A stretch of DNA of 63,544 nucleotides, the filler included, from Platydemus manokwari (Eukaryota), in NCBI GenBank assembly GCA_037951405.1. It is 4 parts of 4 records of this genome, joined end to end, with 100 filler letters (N's around TTAATTAATTAA, not from the genome) between each part and the next. Parts side by side here need not be neighbours in the genome. Positions count along the whole stretch, not along the records: positions 18,682 to 31,756 come from JBBMOY011849166.1; positions 31,857 to 44,709 come from JBBMOY011941382.1; 2 more parts are not named here. One strand, 5' to 3'. The notes under the pieces were generated by a model, which worked only from the letters and a program-made list of their open reading frames with translations, was not told the DNA's origin and ran no database searches. Shown here piece by piece: positions 21,871 through 36,574 of the stretch. The stretch's first letter is position 1. Each line of letters begins with the position of its first letter. The translations under genes were made by a program, and so were the position numbers.

Positions 21871-24639
21871 TCATATAACAGATATGCTCATCAAGCCACG
21901 AAGACTTTATTTATGTCAAATAAAAATTTAGTTTTTTTTAATATTTATTCGACTATTTATCAACAGTGGTAAATAGATACACCGCGATTATTGATAGAAT
22001 TTTTTGAAAATTAGTAACACCTTAAAAGATTTTTAAAGTTTTCAAAGACTAACCTCTATTTCATTCATTTTAATTATATTTTAGTTTTCCTTGTATTATT
22101 TTGTGTTACTATTTTTAGTATTAATTTATACTACTTATTGATTTATTTTCATGATTGCCATATACCTGGTATATTTTCGTTCTATTTTTAGGATTTAGCT
22201 AATATGATTATATTTTTGGATTTTATTTACGCTAACTTAAAAGGTTTGAAAAAGTTTAAGCATTTCTATTATTATTAGTTATTATAAGGTTATTCATATA
22301 TTTAAAAAACAGAACTTAATATGAACCTATTTTAGCTATGGAGTTACAAAGATCACCAGTCTCTGTAATGTAAACAAAATTAAAATTGATGGCTTTATTT
22401 GAAAAATATAGGTAATGTAAATTCGGGTTTCTGATTAAACATTCGAGAATTCAAAAAACTGTTTCGTCGCTATTTCATAATTCACTCACTTGTGGATTCT
22501 TTTTCACTTAACCATCTGGACGAAACACATATTGTTCTTATTAAAATTTCTACCAAGTATCAATGCTTCGATCATTGTAAGAACAGTTCTCGACTTTAAA
22601 AAAAAAAAGTTATACACGTCTGTAAACTTCAAAATTTTCTGTCAAATCACATAGAACTAATGAATCCTATTTCCTGGTTAATCCTTTGAAGAATATCTCA
22701 ACCAATGAATTGAAATAAAAGTATTATTTATCAATAATTAGGATAATTTATTATTAATAATATATTAATAATCTCGATTGAATTATATTAAATGAAAAAT
22801 GAACTTTTGCTTATTGATGAATTTTTAAGATCTCTTCTCTTATACAAAACTGATCATTTGTATTCTCTGATCTTCAAAGGTAATCCAATACTGGTTTGTT
22901 ATATAATATAATAAACTGTGACCGTGACTTTAATTAGAGCTATGATGAGACTGGGACAAAGGAAATGTCTTTTCTTTCAGTGCATCATTTAATATCTGCA
23001 AGCAGTGTTCGTGAGCAAATTCAAATTTGACAAAAGAATAGCTACTGAAACATTTATAAATTATTTCGTTCTATTGCTTGTCAATAGAAAAATTCGCATA
23101 CAGTATTTGTTAAGAAAGTCACAAGTCAGACGAGTGTGTTGAAAACCCATTAATATTTTAATAATAAAAATTTCTCAATAGACTTCATCAGCAAAAATAC
23201 CAACCGAAGTATAAAATCAAAAAGAATTATTCTATTATTATTTAAGATCATTATCTGGACTATGGGACAGTATTTAGTGTTTTGAATGATTTATTATGGC
23301 TTCGTGTACTTTTAATATAATAAAATGTTTAATTTTACGACTATAATTAATGGATTAAATTAATCAAAAATTATTTTATTTCAACAATCTGATATTAATT
23401 TAGTGAAAAAATTTATTGGCCTTAGATTATTCAAGAAATTTCTAATAAGTTTTATATTAATTTAAAATGTATTAAATAATGAAAGCTTAAGTTAGAAATT
23501 AAAAGCAAGAAAATCAATTCAAATTTTAGATTTATGAAAATCATTTTAATTTTTTTAATGTTTGACCAGTTAAATGAAAATAATTTTAAAATATAAGCTT
23601 TTATTAACACGAAAATGTGCACCAAAAAATGTTTTTCAAATAGTTAGAATTTTATCAAATTAAAAATTGTTTTACTAATATGTTTATTATTCTAGTTTTG
23701 ATTCTCTAATTCAAATATGTACATAAATTCAAGGCCTGGTTCATGATTTCAGCATAATTAAAATAAATTCGATTTAAAAAACGGTTTATTTAACATTAAA
23801 GAATTTTTAAAAATATAAATCAACGTTGATGAAGTAAATAAACCATGAAAATTGAATACTAAAAATAATTTCTGATATCAAAACTAGGTCATTTTCCAAT
23901 GTATTATTATTTTTTTAATTAACTAGACTCGTGTAGCAATCGACACTTTTTTCGTTAATCTTTTGCAAAATGGAAAATTATCGAATTTCTGGATTCTCGT
24001 GCACTTGGTTCATATTTAATAGAAATAAAGCTTTCCGGGTTTTGAAACTCAAAATATTTCTGATTCAGTGTACGATTGTTTAAAATATTTAATCCTTTTT
24101 AATAGTACATTTCACAAATCGATTGAGACCAAACGATCTAAACAGACATTGCAAAGTAGTAGTCTCGTGACCAAAAAATTTCTCTTATATTTACAAAAAT
24201 AATCATTCATTGAAATTTAATTGTTAGAATCGCTATTTTTTTTAAAAAAAAACCGCATATTTTTCAGAACTCAAACGATTACCCATTGTCTATAACGGTT
24301 TTATAAATATATGTGAAAAAAAAGAAAAATTAATATTGAGAATCTATGTTTGAGATTTAATGAAAAGAGCAAATATTGAATGTAAAAATCTTAATCGTAA
24401 ATTTAAGATGCAAGTATGGAGTTGAATATCATAAAATGGATAAATGTTCTTTGAATCCACACCACATCTGATGAATTATCAATCCATAATATATAATAAT
24501 AAATGAGATCATCCGATTATAATATTAATTATTAATAATAATTTATAATTTAACTAAAATATATTTTGATGGTCGAGCACAAAAGAACCTCAATTCATTA
24601 AACATTCATTTCAACACACAAATTCACACGCTAAAACCT

Positions 24640-27600
24640 TTAGATTTTCCGACTGTGTTTACATTGTGGTTCTTGATTATCGACGGAATTTGGAGTTTCT
24701 CTTTTAAGTCTAATCTTAGATTTTCTATCATATGATTTCTTTTCTGGCTCAACTTTGATCTTCACTGCTTCTTGTTTGTTTTCCGTTCGATTGCGATGAC
24801 TTCGTGTGACGATCAGATTTTGATTTTCTTCTTCGAGCGAATTATTCGTCAATGAAAGTTCTCGTTTGATTTTTTTGGACGTTCTATTTGAAGTGGATGG
24901 TTTTTTCTTGGCTATTTTTTCTACATTTTCCGAACTGGTATTAGAAACCGAAACGGAAACCGTTGGCTCTTCAACGGTTTCTTCAATTTTCACTGTGGGA
25001 ATTATTTCTTCTACGTCATCATCTTGAGGCAAGACATCAATTTCGACTTCAGGAAATGATTGCGGAATAATACTATCAAAACAGAACTCGGAATTGAAAT
25101 TCATAAAGAATGACTGAACCATTGATTCCGACTTTGTGAACACGGCATCTGATATTTTTTTAAAGTCTTTACCGAATTCAGATAGACCAAGAAGTAAAAT
25201 AGCAAAATCCATGTTATCCCAGGAGTGGCTAAGCTGAAAATATGTTGATAATTACTTACACGCATGGAGATGTGATGGATTGATTTATTATTAAACGGAA
25301 TTCTCTTTGGATTAGCTTGTTTATATTTTATTAAAAACTATTTCTATTCTTCAATCAATCTACTACTATGGTGACCATATCAGGTTTATCCATAAGCTTA
25401 ACGAGATAGGAAGAATAATAAAATGTTTTCAATGGTCATCGTAAAATTTATATATAGTCTTTAATTTTTTTAATTTTTTTTTATTTTTTATATATATCAG
25501 AATAAAAAATAAAAAAATTTAAAAAGATAAAAATAAACAGTGTTTTATAAATAGATAATTTGAGGAATAATTTCCTATTAATTATATATAATTATATAAA
25601 TATCAATACGAGTGTGATTTCATATCGATATAAAAAATGTTCAAAAGTCTCGTCTATAATAGACGTGTTATACGAAGAAAATATAGGCAGAATATTAATA
25701 AGATGTCTAACATTATCATGCGATTTTTATAAAAAACAATCCTGAAAAATATTGATTATTAGAAGCTTTCTAAAATTCGAAATTATGAAATCAGCATTTT
25801 AGAATTTTGAAGTTCTTCACTTGATAATGATTAGGCCATTGTTTTATTTTAATAATAATTACTATTATCATTAATATTATTATTATTAAATAATTTTACA
25901 CATATTTCAGCTTTATAAATAAAATTTTATAACGAATAATATATTAATAACCATAACAAAATAAGATTATATCCAAAAGAAATCAAAAACTCGTTTAGTG
26001 AGCATGAGAGATATGGTGATATGGATAAAAAACCAGATCACAACAACAGGTCCTCACAGTCAAGTGTAAATGATAATGAAAGTCAGTGAAATCTCCGTGG
26101 TTTTGATCAACCCATAATCGAATGATAGAATAGAGATTCTATCCGATAACACCGGTGAGTAAAAAGAACTACGAAAGTGTTCTACCTGCTGATTATCAGT
26201 TGTAATTGACAGATCCAATCAGCGAAAAGTCACAGCTTTATAATTGACACACACTAATCAATATCAATTACGTGATTCTTCTTCACTTGAAATTTTATTT
26301 TTGTTATTGAATATATATCAAATTTATTAAATATTGATTCATGTCAAAAGCAAATGAATTACTTGTTGAAATTCATTGGGCGATGGGAGAACGTCAGTAA
26401 AACTACTGAGAACGGTTTCGTGTTGATCTAAAATAAGCTAAATCAACAATTAATTACAAACATCCCAATAATGACTTCAACACTCTTACCTTGAGTGAGT
26501 CTGCAATTTTGTCATCGTCGAAATCGGGTTCATCTAGAGTGATGAATTTACAAATATCACCTTTAACATATTCATGGAATTTTTCTTCAAAATGATTTTC
26601 ATCAGTAGGTTCTTTACTAAAATATGAAGAATGTGATAATTAATGAAAACTATCTCCTTATTATAATAAGTAGACTGAAATAAAATATATATCCCACAAA
26701 AAATAATGGAACTAGACAAATAAAAAGTTCGAATCGTTTATTTACTATCTATTATAAGTAATACATCCACATTGTTTTGAATTTCGCAATGCAATAAACA
26801 ATTTTCATTGTGTGTAAAAAGGATATTATTTTTTAAAAAAAATGCATTTTACCTGCTTGTTGATGTTATATCAGCATTGGGAGATGTTGACGGAGTAGAC
26901 ATACAAGGAGATTGATTAATGAAATTCGCTTCTTCTTTGATTGTCACATCGGTTGTTTTAGACATTTTCTCAGAATAAGCTGAATTAAGAATAATCAAGA
27001 GTTGCGTCTTGTCCAAAGCAGATCCCAGCTTATTTCGTTTTCTGTTCATTTTCCTCAATAAATTAAGCATTCCATCAGCATCGATATACGAATTGAGTTC
27101 ATCGAATTTTATTCTATTTTTATTTGATTGTTTCATTTCCGAAAGATCGCGACCGATCATCTCCGAAATGTTATTGTGATTCTGAATCAATTGGAAATGT
27201 TTCCGGTAAACCATTTGAAATTGGGTATCCAAACACGATTCATTCCATGACGTTTCATTGTCTTTCAAATTGCCATTGGAAACAACAGGTTTACTGATAG
27301 ACTTTTTAATGGACTTTTTCACTCGATAAGTTTGCTTTTTGATGAGGAACCGGTGCTTGGAATAAGCTCCAAGAACATCACCTATAGTGAATCCGGGAAA
27401 CTATGGTAACGGAATGTCAATATTGGATATCGTTTCAAATGGATTCACTCACCAACAATAGAATATCATCGAAATCACGATGTTCACGAGTTTTAACCGT
27501 TTTAGCAATTCCATCACTTATCACTCTAACAATTTGCTTGATATCCACCTTTCCCAGACCTTTGATTGGTCGATAAATATGGAGATCGCATTCAGATTTT

Positions 27601-30600
27601 TCAAAATCATATTGGTTATACGTTAAAACTGAAAGAGCCTGTTCTTCACTGTAACTGAAATATGGAGAACCCAATGAGTCCAAGAAACAAATACAATACA
27701 ACTCGACAATTCAATGAATTTTAAAAACCATTAATTATAGATAAATCAATAAATATAAATATTGAACAAAATATTTATATATTTATTTATAAATGATATT
27801 ATTGTTTCCAAACAGCAATCAAATCAAATTAATCGAGAATGTAATCAAATTATTGAAATGACAAAGTCTGAATGAAATCATTCATTCAATATTAACGATT
27901 TCAGTTTTATTTGTATTGGAAATGATTCATTGTCATTCCATGAAGCATTGAAATAGGAGAAAATGATATCAAACTGGATGATGATTGGTTGAAAATCTAT
28001 GGGATATTTATTCATCATTGACCAATGGCAAATTATTAATGAATATAAAACTATATTGTATCAATATATTGTAGCTTATATACACATGACTGACATGTCA
28101 AATAAAATGTTCAATGTTAGAAATAATGTACATGATCGGATAGTTATTTGTAACTAATTATGATATTTGAAAGCATTTATTTCATATTGCTATGTATTGT
28201 ATTCAATCAAAAATATATCTCCTAGATCTATCGTAAATCTATTTGTGATAATAATGTCTCATTACGCGATAATCAACTGTATTGTGATCGATATATTGAT
28301 ATCGATATCATCACAGTGTTATTTTATTGTATCGCCATTGATATTTGATTGTATTGTGATTGATGTATTGTTCACGATATTATAACTTACTATAATTGTG
28401 TAAATGGCGATATTTCAGTGAATGTAAGCTTTAACGTGATATATTTATTGAATCGATATATTGTTCAGGATACTTATCATGACATTTAATTAATAGTTAG
28501 ATGTATTTTGGTTTTATCTTTTTAGTACTATTTTATATTGAATTACAGTTTGATAAGTAGCGCATTAAAGCTGCTTTCATAATATCAATGAACTCAATGA
28601 TTTCATGAATAATATCTTTACCTAATATCTATCTATTTATTACTAATAGATTGATATTTTAATGTCATTGATATTTCAGATTTCCATTTATGTCTCCATG
28701 AATTTTGATTGATTTATTTTTCATCTATTTTCATCATGAATATATTCACGGATTATTTATATTGATTTTCATAATAATAATAATAATACCACATGTAGTG
28801 TTGATAATAATATTTTTATATTCACATAAACAATTGATTTCAATCTATTTAACAGGTTTAAATATCAGTTTTGAGCCATCAAGTCAATTCAATACCGAAT
28901 GAAAACTATCTAACGGATTCGAATGTAGCTACCTACATATAAAGCCGCGTAATTCAAATCTGGGCCGATAATGAAATGTAGACTCACATAAACGAATATC
29001 AAAACTGAAATAATGTATTGAACCCAGTTATAGTTTTAAAAAAGCAATGATATATGACAATCAATGGTTCGAATATAAGACGATTCTTGTTTTTTCAGTG
29101 ATATTTCCAGAGGAAAAACCTTGTTTTATACTTAGGCTATCTGGTAACTCAGAGGTATGATTGAGGATAATTTCACATCTCTCTAAAAACCATAGCGTCG
29201 ATTTGATACGACTGCTTTGAAAGACATATTATTTGAGGGAACATTAAATAATATTATTAAAACACCAGCTTTGAACCTGCTAATCATCAACCATAGATTC
29301 ATTAAGGATGGTATCTTAACATTTCACTGAAACAAAGACCCTAAGCCATCACTAAATCCCCATCTTGGCGCTTGTGCCTTTAAACAATTATCTAATTGAT
29401 TTACTTCTATAAAGGAAAATAACAAAATTCGAATACGAGAATGATGTGATTACAAAACACATCTGTTATATAATCATAAGACACACAATATTCGGTATGT
29501 TGAACAAATGTAGATAGATTGTCGAATAAATAGGTGGTTTATGATTCTTGTGATGAAAGATTAGAATCGTATGGAAAACAAGCTCAGAAATGTCCTGGAG
29601 TCAAAACATGTCGATGCAGAAAGAACAACACTAATTACAGATGGGTAGGTTATTGTGCAGAACTGTCCATTCACGAGACCAGTATTAACAATGGCAAACA
29701 TCACTGTATAGGTCATTTAATTTCTAAATGATTTTATAAGACTTATGAGAAAAGAACATTCTGACTCATATCTGGAAAATAACAACCATATTATGGAGGA
29801 AACTTTTTGGAAATTTTTCATTAGAAGTCAACCCGATCTTCGACAGAATGAATAAACCCGAAAATTACTTTTTTCCGAAATTAAACTCATTTACCAATCA
29901 GGAATAATCGAGAGAATTATTATGAAAATTAAGATTTTTATTTCTCCACTTCAATAACACATGACTCTCTCGTGTCTAATGATGGCTTTTATGTATTTGT
30001 AAAAGAATTACAATCATTATCTTTACTCTTAAAACATCCAATTAAAAGATTGACAAGAACAAAGCCAATGGGAGTGTCTGACCCCCCTCTTCAATCTTAT
30101 CATCAGGAATAATCTTTTCCTCTAAACTTATTTATATTTTCACCAAAAATGTTCTTATTAAATCAGTGATGTAAGTAATTGCTAAATTAGTATTATTCAT
30201 AAAGTTCGACCACTCAATTAACGAAAGATAATAAATAAATAACATTAAACCAAAATCGACCTATACCCCTTCATTGATTTAAACGATTTGATGTCTTAAT
30301 GAAAACATTATCTTGTAGATAGCCTTCTAGTTTAATGATTTGCAATTAATGTGCAAAAATAGCTACAATTATTGATTTGAGACTCAAAACTTACAAAACA
30401 ATTAATTAATTAATTAATTAATTAATTAATTAATTAAGAAAAATAATTATTTTTTAAAAAATTTTAAACAAAATATCGAAGATAAGATTTAGAATTAAAT
30501 AAATGAGGCTTTTTATCAAATTCAAAACTATTAATTAAAAAAATTTATTTGATTAATTAATTAATTAATATATTAATAAAAATTTATTAATTACAGTAAT

Positions 30601-31256
30601 TAACTAGCTAGTTCCAATCAGTGACATTCAGTGTTCTTGTTAGCAAATACAACAAAATAGTTGACACATAAATACAAAATTATATGATGAAAAAAATTAA
30701 TTAATTAATTAAAATTATTAATTAACCAATCAATAATAAGTTAATAAAAAACTTTTCCAGGAAATTAATTTAATTAGTTTCTGTTATTATGATTAAACTG
30801 TCGATAAAAATACCAAATCTCTATATGACATTTGAAAAAGCAGCTTTAATAGACTAAATAAGTAAATTAATTAATTATTAATTAATATGTTAATTAATTA
30901 ATTTTGTGCAATAACTTTTATTATTATTTGAATTCCGCGAGTACCACCTGGTATTGAAATAAAATTTAAAAAAGAAAATCCCGATAAAAATTAGTAAATA
31001 TGATTTCTAAATTTAATTAATTATTAAGTTTATTAATTAAATTACTGATTAATTAATCATTAGAAATAAACCATATTTACTTGAATTCCTTGGCTTTGTT
31101 AATAAATTCGTTCACCAAATATTCATCGACATGAACTTCATTAGTCCAATAGCAAATATCTCTGGTTGTTTTATAATAACGATTTGGATCAATTTGAATC
31201 TGATTTGGTAGCACTGCAAAAGGAGGTTCAGTGGTATTCACTGTTACCGTATTCAT
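24640..31256 (-). CDS. RCOR: CoREST/RCOR-like corepressor (ELM2-SANT...SANT), divergent, about 573 aa
   Basis: Exons 31256-31081, 27654-27453, 27400-26853, 26616-26490, 26437-26363, 25233-24640; all introns GT-AG, 1722 nt in frame. ELM2-like AVLP...YW...VNEFINKAKEFNYSEEQALSVL resembles RCOR AVVP..[25 protein letters not shown]. SANT2-like SWDNMDFAILLLGLSEFGKDFKKISDAVFTKSESMVQSFFMNF resembles RCOR [39 protein letters not shown]. Internal exons 4-5 are less certain. Confidence 0.75.
30401..30437. repeat. (TTAA)n tetranucleotide microsatellite within a TTAATTAA-rich tract (about 30400-31060)
   Basis: About 9 perfect TTAA units plus many scattered TTAATTAA copies in the first intron of the RCOR-like gene. 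Confidence 0.85.
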
Positions 31257-31756
31257 AAATTATAAATAAAATTTAATTCAGCTTGAAAATCGATCTAAAA
31301 ATGTGAAAATCTGTCAATTTAATCTTATAAATACAACAAAGAAACGTTAATTTTTAACAACATTTTCCAGTAATTATTTCAACTGAAATTAATGTTAAAT
31401 TATAAAAATAAGAAAATTATAAAATATTTGGTTACATTTTCAATCTTAAATAAGTTGAAAATTAACTTTAAAATAAGGAAAATTACATTTTAAATAAGAT
31501 GAAATAATTAACATTTAAATGGAAAAATAACAGTTAATAATTAAATTCTAAATCATCAATTTCATTTTTAACTAATGCTTAACTTCATAGAATCACATAA
31601 AATTCAGAAAATGATAATAAAATTCGATATTTTTATTGTTGCATTGGAAAATATTTAAATACAACACAGTGTAAAATAAGCTGTATTCAATTAATTAAAA
31701 CGATTTTTTAAAAAAACATTAACGAAAATCTAATAATAACATAAAGTTAAGAATAT

Positions 31757-31856
31757 NNNNNNNNNNNNNNNNNNNNNNNNNNNNNNNNNNNNNNNNNNNN
31801 TTAATTAATTAANNNNNNNNNNNNNNNNNNNNNNNNNNNNNNNNNNNNNNNNNNNN
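31757..31856. other. Assembly gap with TTAATTAATTAA linker
   Basis: N44 + 12-mer + N44. Confidence 0.9.
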
Positions 31857-32094
31857 AATGAGTTAAGCTGACTGATAAAATAACAAGGAAATAAAGATGA
31901 CTTAGAAGATGTTTGGGGAATGTAGAAAATGTGTTAATAAATATAACAGTACACATGATATGAAAAATGGAGAGCATGATTACAGAAATCAATAACAAAG
32001 AAAATCAAAGATTTTAATAAAAGACAGATGTGAGAATTTTCATATTTTGACGAATAATTTTATAAATTAATTTTAATTAAACGAGTAGAAACTG

Positions 32095-33135
32095 AAAATG
32101 GCTATCAATCAATTTTGTGCAACTATATACAAGCATACTTGTGTCGCAATCAATTGTAACTCATCAATATTAATTTGTCATGATAATAAACCTCTTTCCA
32201 AAAATTTAAGGAGTCCAATAGTTCCTGGAATGATTTCAAAAAAATCTTGTTGTAAATGTAAAACTCTATCAAAGATAAGCGAGGTTTTTCTGCTGCTACG
32301 GATTGAGAAGAGATTATTGTTATTATTAATAATCAGAAATCCCGATACATCGTCGTTATTCGGTCAATAAATGGAATTAATCGATCAAAGCTATTTCCAC
32401 TCGATTACCTTAATATTGTCATCCTAAATGGATGTTTATACAGTCACAATGATTGATTTCTGTTCGGCACTAATGGGTTTTATTTGAGTGAAAATAAACT
32501 TGAGATAAATTTTTTTGTAATTTCAATCAATATTTCAAAATGACCACTCAAATGTAATTCGATTTCATCAAATGAATCAAAACATTTCCATATAGTTCCA
32601 AAAAACATACAGAATCAATGACGGTCATTGTTTACCGGTTTCGGTTTTGATGCTGCAGAAGTTACAGTGGAAATTTGATGATCACCGGTTTGTAGAAGAC
32701 AAGAGGATTTCATACATCAGCTGTTGAGATATCAGGACAATCTGTACCAGAATTATTGATGTCTCTTATAAAAGTTTAATGTATTTTTGGTGGAATAAAA
32801 GTCGAGAGAGTATGTGAGAACGGCTTGTTGGTTATATTTATTGAATGTTGCGATGGAGTATCAATTCTTGAATTCCTGCAGTCACGTTTGGTGTCTTACT
32901 TTTAAGTAATCATTACTGGCGCTGTATACACTTATAATTAAATAATTTTAGCTAATAGAATCTGAAGTAGTCTTTCCAAAATATTTTTCTTTCATCGATT
33001 TATTCACCTTACTGAAATAAACATCAAAAATTTTCGATCTTCACTTTAATGGATAATTTTATCGTTATCAACAATCTTGATACCAGAGCTGCTATAGCAA
33101 CGGAAACCACTGACATGACACATGCGACATTTCTG
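32095..33135 (-). pseudogene. Degraded coding relic with C2H2 zinc-finger-like segment
   Basis: Protein-like minus-strand frames broken by stops: KCRMCHVSGFRC (~33130), CMFFGTIWKCFDSFDEIELHLSGH (~32611-32540, a C..F..L..H...H pattern) and PNNDDVSGFLIIN...GLLS*QINIDELQLIATQVCLYIVAQN*. Confidence 0.3.
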
Positions 33136-36100
33136 GTATTGAATCAATAATGAATCATTCCAAAAAAAATTATGATTGGAAATTTTATTTTTCCAATAAT
33201 GAAATCAGATAAATCAATAATTTTTAATATTTTCCGACTCGTAATGAAATAAATTCTTACAAATTACCCACAAAATATCGGAAGCTTTACACCAAAATTA
33301 AAATATGGAAAATGAGAAAAATCACTTAAAAATCACTAAACCACCCAATTAATTTATTGATGAAAAAGAATATTTTTTTTTTTGGAAAATTCTTAATTTT
33401 TCATATCAACTGATAAAGTAGATTTCTGAATCTATTCTGAAAGAGATTCATATAAAATATTGATTACTTGTCGTAGCAGCTGTGAAGCTGTACAAAATGA
33501 ATCTCAACGCTCTTCTGTTGCAAAATTTACCAGATAAAAAAAATTGTCAATATTTATCGGGTTTCAGATGACATCACATTGCGCGATTCGTCATTTGCCT
33601 GGTTTCTTAGAATGATGCGGTCGAAAATTGTCATTGTTGCAGCTAGTGCTATCCATTTACAAATTTGTTGTTATCAATTCTCGTTTACTGAAATCTAGAA
33701 ATATTACTAGGATTGAATGATATCGACAAAAAGGAACACAATAATTCAGACAATCGTTTTCTATCGATGTGTGAGATTAAAAATGCGATCATGATAGAAA
33801 TGGATATTTGTCATGCACTCAGTGACATATTTTATTCATTTAGGTAACGATTTAAAATGAATTGAAAAAGTTTTTAAAAATTTTAAATCAAATTTTTATA
33901 AGAGGCGTGCTTTATACAAAAAGAAGTGGATTACACGGCGTTCACTCATTCGGATTCGGCTTTGAGAATGTCTGTGTTGTGGAAGTATATAAAAGAAGGT
34001 GGAAGATATAGAAAAGATGTAAAGAACATATATAGTGAAATTGTAAAGAAGATGCCAAGGGAAGAAAGTATAGATATCAAAAAATTTAAAAGAAGATACA
34101 GAGATAATTAAGAATTCATAAAAAATCAAAGATTTTAAAGAAAGGCTGAGGTCAGAATTGAAAAAAAACCAAGTCTTGATAAAAGATTAATTTGTTAAAA
34201 TCATTGTAATGAAAATATAATTTGATGTTGAGACTTCAGTTCGTTTTCATTGCTTGCATTATTAAATTATAGTGGCTTACAAATTATGCTTTTATCAATT
34301 GAATATAATAAGCCTTTTCCAATACTGAAAATATTCTTTTTTTCTTTTCGTTCAATGTTAAGTTGAAATTATATAATCGGCAAAGACTCGAACACAGGGA
34401 GTGTTACATCCAGACGTTAACAGAATAAACATTCTATCGAGGATTTCATATAATATTTCATCCTTGTTTGACAGTCTCAATTGGGATTAAAATGTTGGCC
34501 AAATCTATCAAGTCTGGTTCTATAATAGATTTATAAAGCAATCAGATAGTGTTGATTGCTGCAGACTTGGAGATTTTAACGAAACAAAATACAAAAACCA
34601 TTTTCAATAAATTTTTGGTTTTAATAGATTTCAACAATTATTTTAGAAGGATTACACTTTGCAAAATTTTTGTTTGACCATCATTCGTGGCCTATTTGTT
34701 TAACTTTGTCATTCATTTTTTATTTGATTCATTCATCGTAATTGATATTATCAAAATCTTTATTTTATAAAAGTCATCTTTATCAGATAAAGTAAATTAA
34801 CTGATCAAATTGCCCACCCCGAATTTATACAATCACAGAATACATCATTTCGTCAGACAAACAAGTGACATTTGCAAGAAACATTCTTACAGACTCATTA
34901 CGTTCATGGGATAATTCAAGTCTTGTAATACTCGTAATTATTAACATTTTATAAATTATTTTGAGCTCATCCAAATCAATTATTGATTATTCTGTAATTT
35001 TATTTATAAATGAATGCATAGAAAATCGATATCAAAATCAATGCTTCTAAAAACCAAATGAATCAAACGACTTTTAGCTCAGTATTTTGAAAGTCCTAAC
35101 CCTTTATTTATTCCTCTCTTCAAATATTATTTTCAATCCTTGAATGTGTGGCTTGATTTGTATGAAAATATTTGTGGAAGAAAATTATTTTATGTCGTGA
35201 GTTAATCTCATGAAATTTTTAAGTGAGATGGCTACTAAAGACAAAGATAATTCAAGGTTTGCATTTGAATAAATTTAAAAATATTGGTAACTGATAGCAT
35301 GGTTATTTGATTTTTTGCGTTTCTAATGGTTACTGTATAATCAATAATTTTGAAAATTATTTATTTTGACGGTATAAATGGCTATATATAACTTTTATTA
35401 TTCTATAAAATGTAAGCCAAAACTAAATTCTCCTTAAAATAAGAGGAAATATCAACAATTCCATGTTATAAAGTACGAAAATATTGAGCTTCTATTCACA
35501 ATCTAAGAAGATTTAAAATGTGAATTTTATTATTATTTGAAAAAACCGATATCTGATATAATCGAACAAGATTACTTTAATAATAAACACGATAATCCAA
35601 TCAATACAATTTTTCTGGAAAAATCAATATTCGTTTGAAATTCTCAAAATATGACAAACATTCTAATCAGCTAATGTTTTGACGAAATTTTATCGATTTA
35701 AAATATATTTCTAACAATTTTCTTTCTGAATGAAAAGATGTTGTAGAAATATATAAATGCTAAAATGACTTGCTAGATTAGTTTTGAGAAAAATCGACTT
35801 TGGCTCTTTTTATTAAAAAATCAACTACTGAAATATATTTCGTAACGATTGAAATCGATTTATTCAACAGCTTCCCAAAGAGATGCAATTCTATAACGAT
35901 CACAGAAATTAATTAAGCGAAAGGAAAGAATTTCTTATTTTAAAATTTCTCATTTATCATTCATGAAATAGAGAAAACTCTATTCTTTGAAAATTTACAT
36001 ATATAGATTATTTCCATTCCATTTCTTGTATCAAAATACCTTTCACCGGGATCAATAGTGAGTAATGTAATATGGGATCAAGAATTTTAAATGGATTATC

Positions 36101-36574
36101 ACATCATTTTTCATGAAAGCACAACGATAATCATTGTCAATTATTAATATCTCATTTCAATAATCATACGCGATTTTCCACCCAGACACACAGTACACAT
36201 ATTATGGAGCAAAGCTGGATCATTCTGTCGATGTATTAGTGTCAATTACTTTTCAATTATTTTCCCCAAAAAACAATCTTTTCTCAACTTTTTCACTGTT
36301 GCTGCAAATGAGAACTCATCTCCAGTCTTTATATTAATAATTAATCCTTTTCGAAAAATATTTCATTAAATTAATAGATATAATTTTTTGTACCTAACGA
36401 TTTATTGATTGAATGATTTGATAGTGAAAAATATTGATTTTCAAAAATAATTTATTAAATCGAGTACAAAATTCAAAATTATTCTCCACAAATAATACAC
36501 GCTTCTGTTAGTTGTCACGATGTGATTTTACAAAACTTTTATTTCACGTTTTCAGTCGAGAATAAAATCTATTC

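Noticed and set aside
26534-26561. Possible 27-nt GT-AG micro-intron in RCOR-like exon 4
   Set aside because: In frame, stop-free and shorter than the 43-56 nt minimum seen in other introns here; treated as exon.
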